Of a stretch of DNA of 64,000 nucleotides, positions 47,573 to 57,294 are shown piece after piece. The DNA is from an uncultured delta proteobacterium (GTDB lineage Bacteria; Desulfobacterota; Binatia; Binatales; Binataceae). Where the stretch lies: positions 1,408,001 through 1,472,000 of the forward strand of contig CAVQEQ010000004.1 in the NCBI GenBank assembly GCA_963711565.1. Direction: 5' to 3'. Every line of letters starts with the position of its first letter. Positions within the stretch are counted from its first letter, which is position 1. The notes under the pieces were generated by a model. That model was not told the DNA's origin and made no database searches. It worked only from the letters and a program-made list of their open reading frames with translations. The position numbers and the translations under genes are program-made.

Positions 47573-49092
47573 TGGCGAGTGCGGGCAGAATCGTCCCGAT
47601 TGTTGAAACTCCGGCAACTTCCGAAAGGATCGAACCGGTGGCGGGCGTGCCGCTGATTTTCGAACTTTCATCCGAAGGCCGCCGCGGTACCGATCTGTCG
47701 CCGCGTGCTGCCGGCGATCGATCTGGCGCTGAACTCCTGGGCGCCGAGCTTTGCCGCGAGGATCTTCCCGGCTTTCCCGAACTCAGCGAGCCGCAGGTGC
47801 TACGACATTTCCTGCGCCTGTCGCAGCTCAACTTCGCGCAGGCGCTCGAGTTCTACCCGCTCGGCTCGTGCACGATGAAGTACAACCCCGTCGTGAACGA
47901 CGAGCTCGCCGCTCTACCCGGACTCGGAGGGCTGCATCCCGCGACACCCGCGCATCTGGCGCAAGGCGCGCTCGAACTGATCGCGCGGATGGAAGCCGCG
48001 CTCGCGGAGATAACCGGCATGGACGCCGTGTCGCTGCATCCGGCGGCCGGCGCGCAGGGCGAGTTAACGGGCCTGTTGATGATCCGCGCATATCATCGCA
48101 AGCGCGGCGAGGTGCGACACAAGGTGATCATCCCGGATACCGCGCATGGCACCAATCCCGCCAGCTGCACGCTCGCGGGCTTCGAGGTGGTCGTCGCGAA
48201 ATCGAATCGTCGCGGATACCTCGAAGCGGCCGAGGTTCGCCGTATCGTCAGCGACGACGTGGCCGCGATGATGGTCACAAATCCGAACACGCTCGGAATC
48301 TTCGAGCCCGAGATCCAGGAGATCGCGGCGGCGTTGCATGAGCGCGGCGCGATGCTCTATCTCGACGGGGCGAACATGAACGCGTTGCTCGGCGTCGCGA
48401 AGCCCGGGCACATGGGCGCGGACATCGTGCAACTGAATCTGCACAAAAGTTTTTCGACTCCGCACGGCGGCGGTGGCCCCGGCGCTGGACCGGTCGCGGT
48501 TAAGAAGCATCTCGAGCCGTTCCTGCCGATGCCACGCTTGAAGCATTCCCGCGCCGGTTACGAATTCGACGCCGAGCGGCCGGACTCGATCGGACGGATG
48601 CGCTCGTTTCACAACAACTTCGGAATGATCGTGCGCGCCTACGCGTACATCCTCGCGCTCGGCGGCGACGGCCTCGGAATGGCGAGCCGGCTCGCGATTC
48701 TCGGCGCGAACTACGTGCGCAAGCGGCTGCAACCGCATTTTCCGAGCGCGACCGGCGAGCCTTCGATGCATGAATGCGTGCTTTCGCACGATCTTGAAAA
48801 GCGCGCCGACGTGAGCACGCTCGAAATCGCCAAGCGCCTGCTCGATTTCGGCATCCATCCGCCGACCATTTATTTCCCGCTGGTGGTGCCGGGCGCGTTG
48901 ATGATCGAGCCAACCGAAACCGAGAGCAAGGAAATCCTGGACAGCTTCATCGAAGCGATGGAGCGGATTTACGACGAAGCGTTGAACGATCCCGAGCGCG
49001 TCAAGAATGCGCCGCAGACTTTGCCGGTCTCGCGCGTCGACGAGGCCCTGGCCGCGCGCCGCCCGATCCTGAGGTGGGAGAAAAAGGCGTAG
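47569..49092 (+). CDS. gcvPB: Glycine dehydrogenase (decarboxylating) subunit 2
   Basis: PLGSCTMKYNP, AHGTNPAS, DGANMNA, LNLHKSFSTPHGGGGPG and IEPTETES motifs. Confidence 0.96.
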   Translation: MMASAGRIVPIVETPATSERIEPVAGVPLIFELSSEGRRGTDLSPRAAGDRSGAELLGAELCREDLPGFPELSEPQVLRHFLRLSQLNFAQALEFYPLGSCTMKYNPVVNDELAALPGLGGLHPATPAHLAQGALELIARMEAALAEITGMDAVSLHPAAGAQGELTGLLMIRAYHRKRGEVRHKVIIPDTAHGTNPASCTLAGFEVVVAKSNRRGYLEAAEVRRIVSDDVAAMMVTNPNTLGIFEPEIQEIAAALHERGAMLYLDGANMNALLGVAKPGHMGADIVQLNLHKSFSTPHGGGGPGAGPVAVKKHLEPFLPMPRLKHSRAGYEFDAERPDSIGRMRSFHNNFGMIVRAYAYILALGGDGLGMASRLAILGANYVRKRLQPHFPSATGEPSMHECVLSHDLEKRADVSTLEIAKRLLDFGIHPPTIYFPLVVPGALMIEPTETESKEILDSFIEAMERIYDEALNDPERVKNAPQTLPVSRVDEALAARRPILRWEKKA

Positions 49093-49130
49093 CAACTTTC
49101 TCCGCGGGCCTCGCCCCCTCCCTATCCGGT

Positions 49131-49166
49131 TCCCCTTCCCGCGCGGGAAGGGGTTAGGGGTTAGGT
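49131..49166. repeat. REP-like palindrome TCCCCTTCCCGCGCGGGAAGGGG with TTAGGGGTTAGG tail
   Basis: Perfect stem CCCCTTCCCG/CGGGAAGGGG between convergent gcvPB and mobA; reverse strand begins ACCTAACCCCTAACCCC, resembling the CCCTCACCTAACC family. Confidence 0.55.
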
Positions 49167-49239
49167 TCCTTCACATCTGCGCGATGTCGGGTGCCCCGCT
49201 GTCCGAGGTCCTTCCATCCGCTCGCGTTGCTCGCTTCGG

Positions 49240-49860
49240 TTAGGATGACGCGAGGCCGGCGAGCTTGAGGGCGTGCTTGTAGTCCTCGGGCGTGTTCACG
49301 TTGAAGAAGCTGCGGAGCTGCGGATCAATCGTTCTCAGTTCTTCTTCGCCGACTTTTCTCGCGTTGATCGCGTTGGCGCCGGCGGTCAGGCGCTTCTCGC
49401 CGCTCGCTGCGAGCGACTCGATCGCGTTTGCACATCTCTTGCGATAGACCGCGTGCAGCGGCTGCAACTTGCCGCCGACTTCCGGAATCACTGCGTCGAA
49501 TTCATTGAGCATCGCTACCAGCTCGGCAGCAACGTCGGAATTCAATAGCGGCAGATCGCACGAGCAGACGAAAGCGACAGTGTGCTCGAGCGCATTCAGG
49601 CCACGCCGGAGCGCGTCGAGCGGACCCGCGAACGCGGTCTCGTCATGAACGATCTTCAATCCGGGAATCTCGATGCGCGGCTGCCCTTCCGACGCGGGCG
49701 CCGCGACGATCACGATTTCGTCGAACCGCCGTTTGAGCTCGACCACAATCCTGGTGAGCAACGGCATCCCGCCGAAATCAAGCGCCGCCTTGGGCTGGCC
49801 CATCCGCGAGCTGCGCCCGCCGACGAGCACGATCGCAGCGGCTTCATTGGCTGACTGCAC
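49240..49860 (-). CDS. mobA: Molybdenum cofactor guanylyltransferase
   Basis: VLVGGRSSRMGQPKA, GPL, SCDLP, QPLHAVY and FFNVNTPED motifs. Confidence 0.92.
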   Translation of the reverse strand: MQSANEAAAIVLVGGRSSRMGQPKAALDFGGMPLLTRIVVELKRRFDEIVIVAAPASEGQPRIEIPGLKIVHDETAFAGPLDALRRGLNALEHTVAFVCSCDLPLLNSDVAAELVAMLNEFDAVIPEVGGKLQPLHAVYRKRCANAIESLAASGEKRLTAGANAINARKVGEEELRTIDPQLRSFFNVNTPEDYKHALKLAGLASS

Positions 49861-50470
49861 TACTCTCTGCCGCGCGATTGACGCGCAACTCGGTGCCGAT
49901 GATCCGCAACGCCTCGGGATGAAAGATCAGTGCGAGATGCCCGACATTGTGCAGCGTCACAATCCGCGCGAACGCCGCGCTTGTCGTCAGCGCCTCGATC
50001 GGCGCCGGCACGATCGGGTCGTCATCGCCGAAAATCCCGACCTCCCTGGGACTCCATTGAGCGTACGAATACGGCGAGCCGAGCGTGATAAGAGAGCGCA
50101 CCGCGCGTCTGGGCGCGGCCACCGCATAGCGCCGGGCCACGGTACCGCCGAGGCTGTGGCCGATCAGATGTACGCCGCTGCCGCCGGATTTTTCCTCAAC
50201 GACGCGGCCGAGCTGCGCGGCGGAATCGCCGAGCGTCTGCCATCGCGGGTACTCGAAATACGAAACGTTGTCGAATCCCACCAGCCGAATGTACGCGCCC
50301 AGCGCCAGCAGATTCGAGCGGCTGCCGCCGAAGCCGTGAAGCAGGATGACGGGTTCGCTTGACGGCTCGCAGAAGTAGGGCTCGCCTCGTTTGAGCAGCC
50401 AATCTACCGGATACGATCCGATCAACGCGCCAGCCGCGGCGATTTCAGTGATGACAGTTCTCGTGTTCAA
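49844..50470 (-). CDS. Alpha/beta-fold hydrolase (lipase/esterase-like)
   Basis: ILLHGFGG, nucleophile elbow GHSLGG, ITLGSP, D..VP and VGH motifs; TTG start with GGAGGAG ribosome binding site. Confidence 0.85.
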   Translation of the reverse strand: MNTRTVITEIAAAGALIGSYPVDWLLKRGEPYFCEPSSEPVILLHGFGGSRSNLLALGAYIRLVGFDNVSYFEYPRWQTLGDSAAQLGRVVEEKSGGSGVHLIGHSLGGTVARRYAVAAPRRAVRSLITLGSPYSYAQWSPREVGIFGDDDPIVPAPIEALTTSAAFARIVTLHNVGHLALIFHPEALRIIGTELRVNRAAESSAVSQ

Positions 50471-50646
50471 GAATCTCCTCCTCCCACCTCACACCCGCTT
50501 GCTGCGAGTAAAAGGTACTCACGCTGAATGTCCTCGGCAACCGCCACGACGGGTGTTTGCGCACGCGCGTCGGACCGGCGCACAATGCCTAGCGCGACGC
50601 CCCGACCATCAGTTCCGTGCCACGGCGCCCAAGCGAGGTGACCCTT

Positions 50647-51525
50647 ATGAGCGAAGCCAAGCGGGAATCCAAAGGACCGGTGCGCGGATATTTCTTCGAC
50701 AAATCGGTGGTCGTGACCGGCGCCTCGAGCGGTATCGGCCACAACGTCGCGCTCGCGTTCGGCGAACAAGGCGCGCAGGTTGCCCTGCTTGCGCGCCGGC
50801 GCGTCCAGCTCGAAACTCTGGCGCACAAAATCAACAAGGCCGGCGGCAAGGCGCTCGCGCTCGATTGCGACGTGACCGATCGCGCGCGCGTATTTTGGGC
50901 GATCGAGCAGGTCAAGGAAGCCTTCGGCAAAGTCGACATCCTGATTAACTCGGCGGGATTGCTAGTCACATCAACGGTCGAGGAGATGCGTCCCGAAGAT
51001 CTCGAAAAGATGATGGCGGTGAACGTCTTCGGCGCGCTCAACGCGATGCAGGCGGTGCTGCCTGTGATGCGCAAGGCCAAGTCGGGCAATGTCGTGAACA
51101 TCTCGTCGCTGGCGGGACGCCGGGGCGTCAGCCCGCTCGGCGGTTACAGCTCGACCAAGTTTGCGCTGGTCGGAATGACGGAAGCGCTGCGCGTCGAGCT
51201 CTTCAACACCGGGATAAAAGTGTCGCTGGTGATGCCAGGGGTGATCGATACGCCGATGGCCCGCAACGCGCTCAAGCACGACACGCTCAAAGGCGTGCCC
51301 GCGATGATGGCGATGCCGGCACGATGGGTGACGTGGGCGGTGCTCGCCGCGGCCGCGTTCGGGCTCACGGAAGTGGACGTCCCTCCCGGCGCCGCGGTGG
51401 CGGAAAAACTCGCGTCGCTGTTCCCCGGCGTCACCGACGCGCTGCTGAGCGTCGGCACCCGGGTCATGCAGGGTGCGGCAACGTTCATGGGTGGTGGCAA
51501 GGCAGAACACAAAGCGAAGTCTTAG
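50647..51525 (+). CDS. Short-chain dehydrogenase/reductase
   Basis: TGASSGIG, CDVT, NSAG and YSSTK (YxxxK) motifs; start placed at ATG 50647. Confidence 0.92.
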   Translation: MSEAKRESKGPVRGYFFDKSVVVTGASSGIGHNVALAFGEQGAQVALLARRRVQLETLAHKINKAGGKALALDCDVTDRARVFWAIEQVKEAFGKVDILINSAGLLVTSTVEEMRPEDLEKMMAVNVFGALNAMQAVLPVMRKAKSGNVVNISSLAGRRGVSPLGGYSSTKFALVGMTEALRVELFNTGIKVSLVMPGVIDTPMARNALKHDTLKGVPAMMAMPARWVTWAVLAAAAFGLTEVDVPPGAAVAEKLASLFPGVTDALLSVGTRVMQGAATFMGGGKAEHKAKS

Positions 51526-51544
51526 AAAATCGAGAAGTATCGGG

Positions 51545-52441
51545 ATGCGCGTATCGGATAAGAATCTGGCCGAGGTCTGGGACCGGGGCTTTACCATCAT
51601 CGAGAATTTCCTCGATCGAGATGCGCTCGCGGCGGCTCGGGAAGCGCTGTGGGAGATATATCCGAAGCCCGAGGATTATTTCAAAGCACCCGAGGAGCAT
51701 CCGGAGCTCGCTCGTGGACAATTTGCCGGGTTGCGGTTGTTTCCCTACAGCTCGTGGGCGCTGAATCGCCTCCCGGTCTATCCCGATCTGATTGACGGCG
51801 CGGAGCGCCTGCTCGAAACGCGGAACCTGGAAGTTTACAAGATCGAGCTGTGGGCGAAGTACTCCGGCGCCGTCAACTACGATCAGTTTCATCATCGCGA
51901 CTTTGGAAATCACAGCTTGGTGGTGCCGCGTGCGGATCGGAATCACACGCAGATGACGACCTTCATGCTGCTCTCCGATGTGACCGCGGAAGACGCGCCG
52001 ACCAAGCTGGTGCCGTTAAAGTTCACCCGCGAGTTGTCGTTGCCAACCCGTGCGGTGCCGTTCGGCGAGCTGTTCGAGCATGAGGTCGCGCTAACGGCGC
52101 CCGCGGGGAGTCTGCTGATCTACAAGACCGACGTTTTTCATCGCGGCTCCAATTTCACCGGCGTCAACCGTTCGCGCTTCATGATGCTCGTCGATATTCA
52201 GCAGCGCGGCTGGCGTTGGCAGGGGAAGATGAGCTGGCCGGATCGTGCGGATGCCAAAGGCATGCGCGAAACCATCGTGCGCATGACGCCGCGCGAGCGT
52301 GACCTTTTCGGTTTCCCGCCGCCTGGCAGCGAGTACTGGAACGAACAGACGATCGCGGATGTGTCGGCGCGATACCCCGGAATGGATATGACGCCGTACC
52401 TCAAACCCTCCGCGGATGGATCGGCTGAGCAGAAGTCCTAG
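51545..52441 (+). CDS. Phytanoyl-CoA dioxygenase (PhyH) family Fe(II)/2-oxoglutarate oxygenase
   Basis: GFTIIENFL, HRD, L.DVT...APT and APAGSLLIY....FHRGS motifs; start placed at ATG 51545. Confidence 0.82.
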   Translation: MRVSDKNLAEVWDRGFTIIENFLDRDALAAAREALWEIYPKPEDYFKAPEEHPELARGQFAGLRLFPYSSWALNRLPVYPDLIDGAERLLETRNLEVYKIELWAKYSGAVNYDQFHHRDFGNHSLVVPRADRNHTQMTTFMLLSDVTAEDAPTKLVPLKFTRELSLPTRAVPFGELFEHEVALTAPAGSLLIYKTDVFHRGSNFTGVNRSRFMMLVDIQQRGWRWQGKMSWPDRADAKGMRETIVRMTPRERDLFGFPPPGSEYWNEQTIADVSARYPGMDMTPYLKPSADGSAEQKS

Positions 52442-54476
52442 AAGCTCACGTCAAGTTCGCGCGACAGGAACGCGAGCTGATCCGCGAGCTCATCGATCGT
52501 CGCGTCCATCGGCAGAGTCCCCATGTGTCCAGCTTCGGGGCGATAGTGAAGTACGATCGGATTATTTGACGCCGTCGCCGACTGAAGTATCGCGGCCATT
52601 TTCCGCGCGTGCATCGGATCGACTCGCTGATCCAAATCTCCCGTCACGAACATCACTGCCGGATACCGCGTTCCGGCATGCACGTTGTGATAAGGCGAGT
52701 ACGCGAGCAGGTACGGGAAGTCATTCGCGTCGTCGGCGCATCCGTATTCGCCGATCCAGTAAGAACCCATCGGGTCCTTGTGATGACGCATCATGTCGAG
52801 CACCGGGCGATGACAGATTACAGCGCGAAACAGATCGGGACGCTGCGTCAGAGCGGCGCCGACCAGCAGACCGCCATTGCTCCCGCCCGCAATCGCGAGC
52901 TTCAACGGCTGCGTATAGCGATTGGCGACCAACCATTCCGCGGCTGCGATGAAGTCATCGAATACGTTCTGCTTTCGCTCGCGCCGGCCTGATGCCATTC
53001 CTCGCCGAATTCACCCCCGCCCCGGAGGTTGGCTGATGCGAAAACTCCTCCCGCTTCAACCCAGGCAACCGCCATCGACGAGTAAATCGGGAGCACGCTG
53101 ATGTTGTATCCGCCGTAGCCGGTGAGCAATGTCGGCCGCGCGGAGTCGAGCGCAAGCCCGCGCTTGTGGAACAGGTACATCGGAATCCTGGTTCCGTCCT
53201 TCGACGGATACCAGACTTGTCGTAGTTCGAATTGAGTGAGATCGGGAACGCCCTGTTGACGCCACCAAACGTCGCGCTCGCCGATGGCAAGGTCGTAGCG
53301 ATAGATCGTGGGAGCGTGATTGAACGAGCTGAAGTAGAAAAACGATTCGCTGCGTTCCCATCGCCCGGTAAACCCTGCGGCGACGCCGGGGCCCGGCAGC
53401 TCGATGTCGCGCACAAAGGTTCCGTCAGGTTCGAACACTCGAACGCGCGAGTGCACGTCCTCAAGATAAGTCACGACCAATTTACCGCCCACGGTCGCAA
53501 CGCTTTCGATCGTCGCGGGACCTTCGGGAATGATCTCGCGCCAGTTCGCGCGCGACGGATTGGCGAACTCGACCCGATAGACGCGGCGCCTCGGCGCTTG
53601 CCAGTTGGTCAGCATGATGAACGCATCGTCGGCGTCGGAACCGCTGGAGAAGGCGTCGAGGTCGTCGGCTATCGGAATGATCTCGCCGTCGGGGTCCGGC
53701 TGCTGAAAATACACGTCGTTGCGATCACCGCTTTTTGTGCTCGCGGTCCGGTAGCCGCAGCCGATCATCAGGTATCGTCCGTTATCCGACACGGATGCGC
53801 CTGCCCATCGTTCGGGTCCCCAGTTCGATCCGATTATTTCGCGGTCTTCGGAGACCGTGGAGCCCAAGCGATGAAACCTGACGCGCGGACCTTCGTCGGT
53901 TCTGACCGTGTAATAGAAGCCACTGCCATCATGCTTCCATGACGCTTTGCCGTACCTTCCTCTGGGTAGCCGGTCCGGCAAATCACGCCGCGACGCAACC
54001 TCCATCAGCCTAATCGAGAACTGGTCTTCACCGCCGTGCCGCGTGCCATACGCGAGGATAGAACCGTCGCGCGATATGCCTGCGATGTGAATGCTGGTTA
54101 TCCCGTCCGCGCTCATGGTGTTTGCATCGACCAGAACTTCCTCGTCCCCGTGCAGTCCGCGGCGCCGGCAGATGACACTTTGTTGATCGTCGGCGCGTCG
54201 TCGCTGATAGAAGTAGTAACCCCTTCGCTCGATCGGAAAGCCCATGGCGTCGACCTTCATCAGGCCGGCCAATCGCGCGCGGATGCGTTCGCGGATGGGT
54301 GTGTCCAGAAACGGCCGGGCATACTCATCCTGCGCAGAGAGCCACGCGCGGGTTTCGGGCGCATCTCCATCTTCAAGCCAGCGGTACGGATCCGTCACTT
54401 CAACGCCGTGCAGAATTTCCCGGAAGTCCTCGCGACGGGTGGTGGGCGGAGGCTGGAACTGATCGCTTGATGCCAT
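52438..54476 (-). CDS. Prolyl oligopeptidase (S9A); frameshifted near 52980-52986
   Basis: DPYRWLED, YPSKDGTRIPM, GYGGY and NLRGGGEFGEEWH in one frame; KQNVFDDF, GGSNGGLL, DQRVDP.H and AGH in the second frame. Confidence 0.9.
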
Positions 54477-54566
54477 TGCGGTTACCTCCGACGCGGCTGC
54501 GCAACCGTTATCGTAGTCGGCCGAAAGGCTTAGGTGAAACCTTAGGCTTCTGCATGAATCGCGGAA

Positions 54567-54605
54567 CCCTCACCTAACCTCTTCCGTGAAATAACGGGCG
54601 AGGGA
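54567..54605. repeat. REP-like element CCCTCACCTAACCTCTTCCG...CGGGCGAGGGA
   Basis: Closely resembles 3396-3432 (CCCTCACCCTAACCCTCTCCCG...ACGGGCGAGGG). Confidence 0.7.
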
Positions 54606-54609
54606 TTGC

Positions 54610-55353
54610 TTACATGAAGTACGGCTTCGACATCTCGTCGAATTTGCCGTACATCAGCCAAACCCGCACGTTGAATGCGTGCGGATGCTCGACCGGCTCG
54701 CGCCCGACAGTCTTGAGCCCGAGCTGTTTGTACATCTCATACAACGGCTCGACCGGATTCGTGATCAGCAGCTTCGGACGCCGCGAAAAAACAAAAAGCC
54801 GCGCCGTGTCCGACATCAACTTGACCAGGCCCTTGCCCTGGTAGGTCGGGTCGATCACCATCCCGCCGAACTCGAACACTTCCGACGCGAGCATCCCCTT
54901 GAACAACTGCGCGGGATACAGATGGCCGAGCGTCAGCGGCGCCTCGGCTAGGCATCGCGCCCAGAACGCACCAATCAGCGGCGGCCGGCGCCGCTCGCTC
55001 GCCTGCCCGACATTGTAAAGGCCAAAATGGATCGCCAACGGCCACAACAGCACGTGCACGCGTTTTTCCTGCACGTTCAGCATCTTCCAAGTCCGCTTGT
55101 GCAGAGCGGCAAGCTCGCGCAAACCCTGCGGCGTGCCGATAGGACGAACTTCGAGCCGTCCTTCGAGGGCAGAATGCGTCGGAGGACGCAGCGGGGGAGA
55201 ATGAGGTTCGCGCGCTTCGCGCTTGGGCTTCTCTGGCGGAAGTTTTTCTTCGGCCGGAGGGTGTTCGACGGCAGGCGTCCCGACTGGGGCAAGACGGACA
55301 ACTCGCGACGAGATCATCGCCTCGATCGGATCGTCATTCTTCTCGGCCGCCAT
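54610..55353 (-). CDS. Hypothetical protein with a putative GNAT-fold acyltransferase domain
   Basis: Pro-rich N-terminus; EFGGMVIDPTYQGKGL resembles acyl-CoA-binding motif A; YKQLGL resembles motif B. Confidence 0.6.
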   Translation of the reverse strand: MAAEKNDDPIEAMISSRVVRLAPVGTPAVEHPPAEEKLPPEKPKREAREPHSPPLRPPTHSALEGRLEVRPIGTPQGLRELAALHKRTWKMLNVQEKRVHVLLWPLAIHFGLYNVGQASERRRPPLIGAFWARCLAEAPLTLGHLYPAQLFKGMLASEVFEFGGMVIDPTYQGKGLVKLMSDTARLFVFSRRPKLLITNPVEPLYEMYKQLGLKTVGREPVEHPHAFNVRVWLMYGKFDEMSKPYFM

Positions 55354-55580
55354 CAGTGAACCCCGCCGCGCCGCCGAATCCGGGCGACGCCGATTTCACA
55401 CCACCCAACTCATTGCCGTCTCTCACGACGGCTCATCCTCACGCCTTAAGACGTGCGCCGACCGCAATCGGTTCGCTGCGGTTCGACGCCAACAACTGGC
55501 TCACCGCCGCTAATAATAAGGAATTAGAGGGTAAAACGAAACATAGTTTACAACCAAAACGTGATTTTTTTACTTTGCGG

Positions 55581-55613
55581 AAAAAGAAAGGGCGCCCGAT
55601 CGGACGCCCTTTC
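55581..55613 (-). terminator. Intrinsic terminator after the aldehyde dehydrogenase
   Basis: GAAAGGGCG...CGCCCTTTC stem followed by a T-run on the minus strand, 22 nt after the stop codon. Confidence 0.8.
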
Positions 55614-55635
55614 AAGCGACTCGTAGTCTTCGCGA

Positions 55636-57150
55636 CTATCCGATCTTGGCGTACACCGACTTGATCTGGGTGTACAGATCAATCGCGTACTTGCCCAGCT
55701 CGCGGCCGAAGCCTGACTGCTTGTAGCCGCCGAACGGTGACATCGGATCGATCTGCCCGTAAGTGTTGATCCAGACGGTGCCGGCCTTGAGTTTGCGCGC
55801 GACTCCGAGTGCGCGGTTGATGTCCTTGGTCCACACCGCGGCCGCTAACCCGTAGGTCGTGTCGTTGCCCTGGAGGACAACGTCAGCCTCGTCTTTGAAC
55901 GAGATCGCCGACGCGACGGGTCCGAAGATTTCCTCGCGCGCGATTTTCATCTGGTTGTTGACGCCGGTGAAGACCGTCGGCTCGACGAAGTAGCCCGATT
56001 CCTGCTTGCCGGGCTCGCCGCCGGTCTTGGCCTTCGCGCCCTCCGCCTTGCCGGCTTTCAGATATCCCTTGACGCGATCGTGCTGTTCCTTGGAAACCAG
56101 CGGCCCCATGCGGGTGCTCGGGTCGAGCGGATTGCCGAGGGTCAGGCCCTTGGCGATCTTCGAGAGCTCGTCGGTGAACTGATCGTACACCTTCTCCTGC
56201 ACGAACACGCGCGATCCGGCGCAGCAGACCTGGCCCTGGTTCATGAAGATACCCATCGCGGAGCCGAAGACCGCGGACGGCATGTCAGCATCGGGGAAAA
56301 TGATGTTGGGCGACTTGCCGCCGAGCTCGAGCGAGACGCGCTTCAAGTTGCCGGCGGAGGCCTTCAGGATGATCTTGCCAACTTCGCCGGAACCGGTGAA
56401 CGCGACCTTGTCGATGTCGGGATGCTCGGCGATCGAGCTGCCGGCGCCGGGGCCGAAGCCCGTGATGATCTGCACGACGCCCTCGGGCAGTCCCGCCTCG
56501 CAGATAAGCTCGCCGAGGCGAATCGCCGTGAGCGGAGTCTGCTCGGCAGGCTTCAGGATGACGACGTTGCCGCATGCGAGCGCGGGCGCGATCTTCCACG
56601 ACGCCATCAGTAGCGGAAAATTCCACGGGATGATCTGGCCGCACACGCCGACCGGCTCGCGCAGCGTGTAGTTGAACATCGAGGGATCGGACGGGTTGGT
56701 ATCGCCGTAAATCTTGGTCGCGAAGCCGGCGTAGTAGCGAAAGGTCTCGGCGGCGCCGGGGATGTCGATATTCTTGGACTCGAACAGCGGCTTGCCGTTG
56801 TCGAGCGTCTCGAGCTCGGCCAGCTCCTCGGCATGCTTGTCGATAAGCTCCGCAATCTTGAGCAGGAAGTGCGTGCGCGCGTGCGGGCTGAGGCTCGCCC
56901 ACTTGCCTTCCTCGTACGCCTTCCGCGCATGCTTGACGGCCTCGTCAACGTCGGCCTTGTCGCCCTCGGCGACGAGTGCGAGCACCTGCTCGTTGGCGGG
57001 GTTGAGGGTCTCGAAAGTCTTGCCTGACTTCGACGGCACCCATTTGCCGTTGATGAGAAGTTTCTTGGGCGAGCTCTTGAGGAACTCAAGCGCTGCGCTC
57101 GACTTGGCGCCGCGAGTCGCGGATTCCAATGACGCTGATGCTGATGCCAT
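55636..57150 (-). CDS. NAD(P)-dependent aldehyde dehydrogenase (ALDH1/2-like)
   Basis: IIPWNFP, KPAEQTP, FTGS, LELGGKSP, NQGQVCCAGSR, EEIFGP and PFGGYKQSG motifs. Confidence 0.95.
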   Translation of the reverse strand: MASASASLESATRGAKSSAALEFLKSSPKKLLINGKWVPSKSGKTFETLNPANEQVLALVAEGDKADVDEAVKHARKAYEEGKWASLSPHARTHFLLKIAELIDKHAEELAELETLDNGKPLFESKNIDIPGAAETFRYYAGFATKIYGDTNPSDPSMFNYTLREPVGVCGQIIPWNFPLLMASWKIAPALACGNVVILKPAEQTPLTAIRLGELICEAGLPEGVVQIITGFGPGAGSSIAEHPDIDKVAFTGSGEVGKIILKASAGNLKRVSLELGGKSPNIIFPDADMPSAVFGSAMGIFMNQGQVCCAGSRVFVQEKVYDQFTDELSKIAKGLTLGNPLDPSTRMGPLVSKEQHDRVKGYLKAGKAEGAKAKTGGEPGKQESGYFVEPTVFTGVNNQMKIAREEIFGPVASAISFKDEADVVLQGNDTTYGLAAAVWTKDINRALGVARKLKAGTVWINTYGQIDPMSPFGGYKQSGFGRELGKYAIDLYTQIKSVYAKIG

Positions 57151-57294
57151 TTTTCCTAATCTCCTGTCGTTGATGTGTTCGAGCGGTATAGAGCCTGATT
57201 AACACTCGAACCATAGTAAATCGAGATGTATTCGGCAAAGCGAAAAGTGGGCGTGCGCCCCTTGCTATTGCTATTGTGAGCGGCAATCGCGTCA

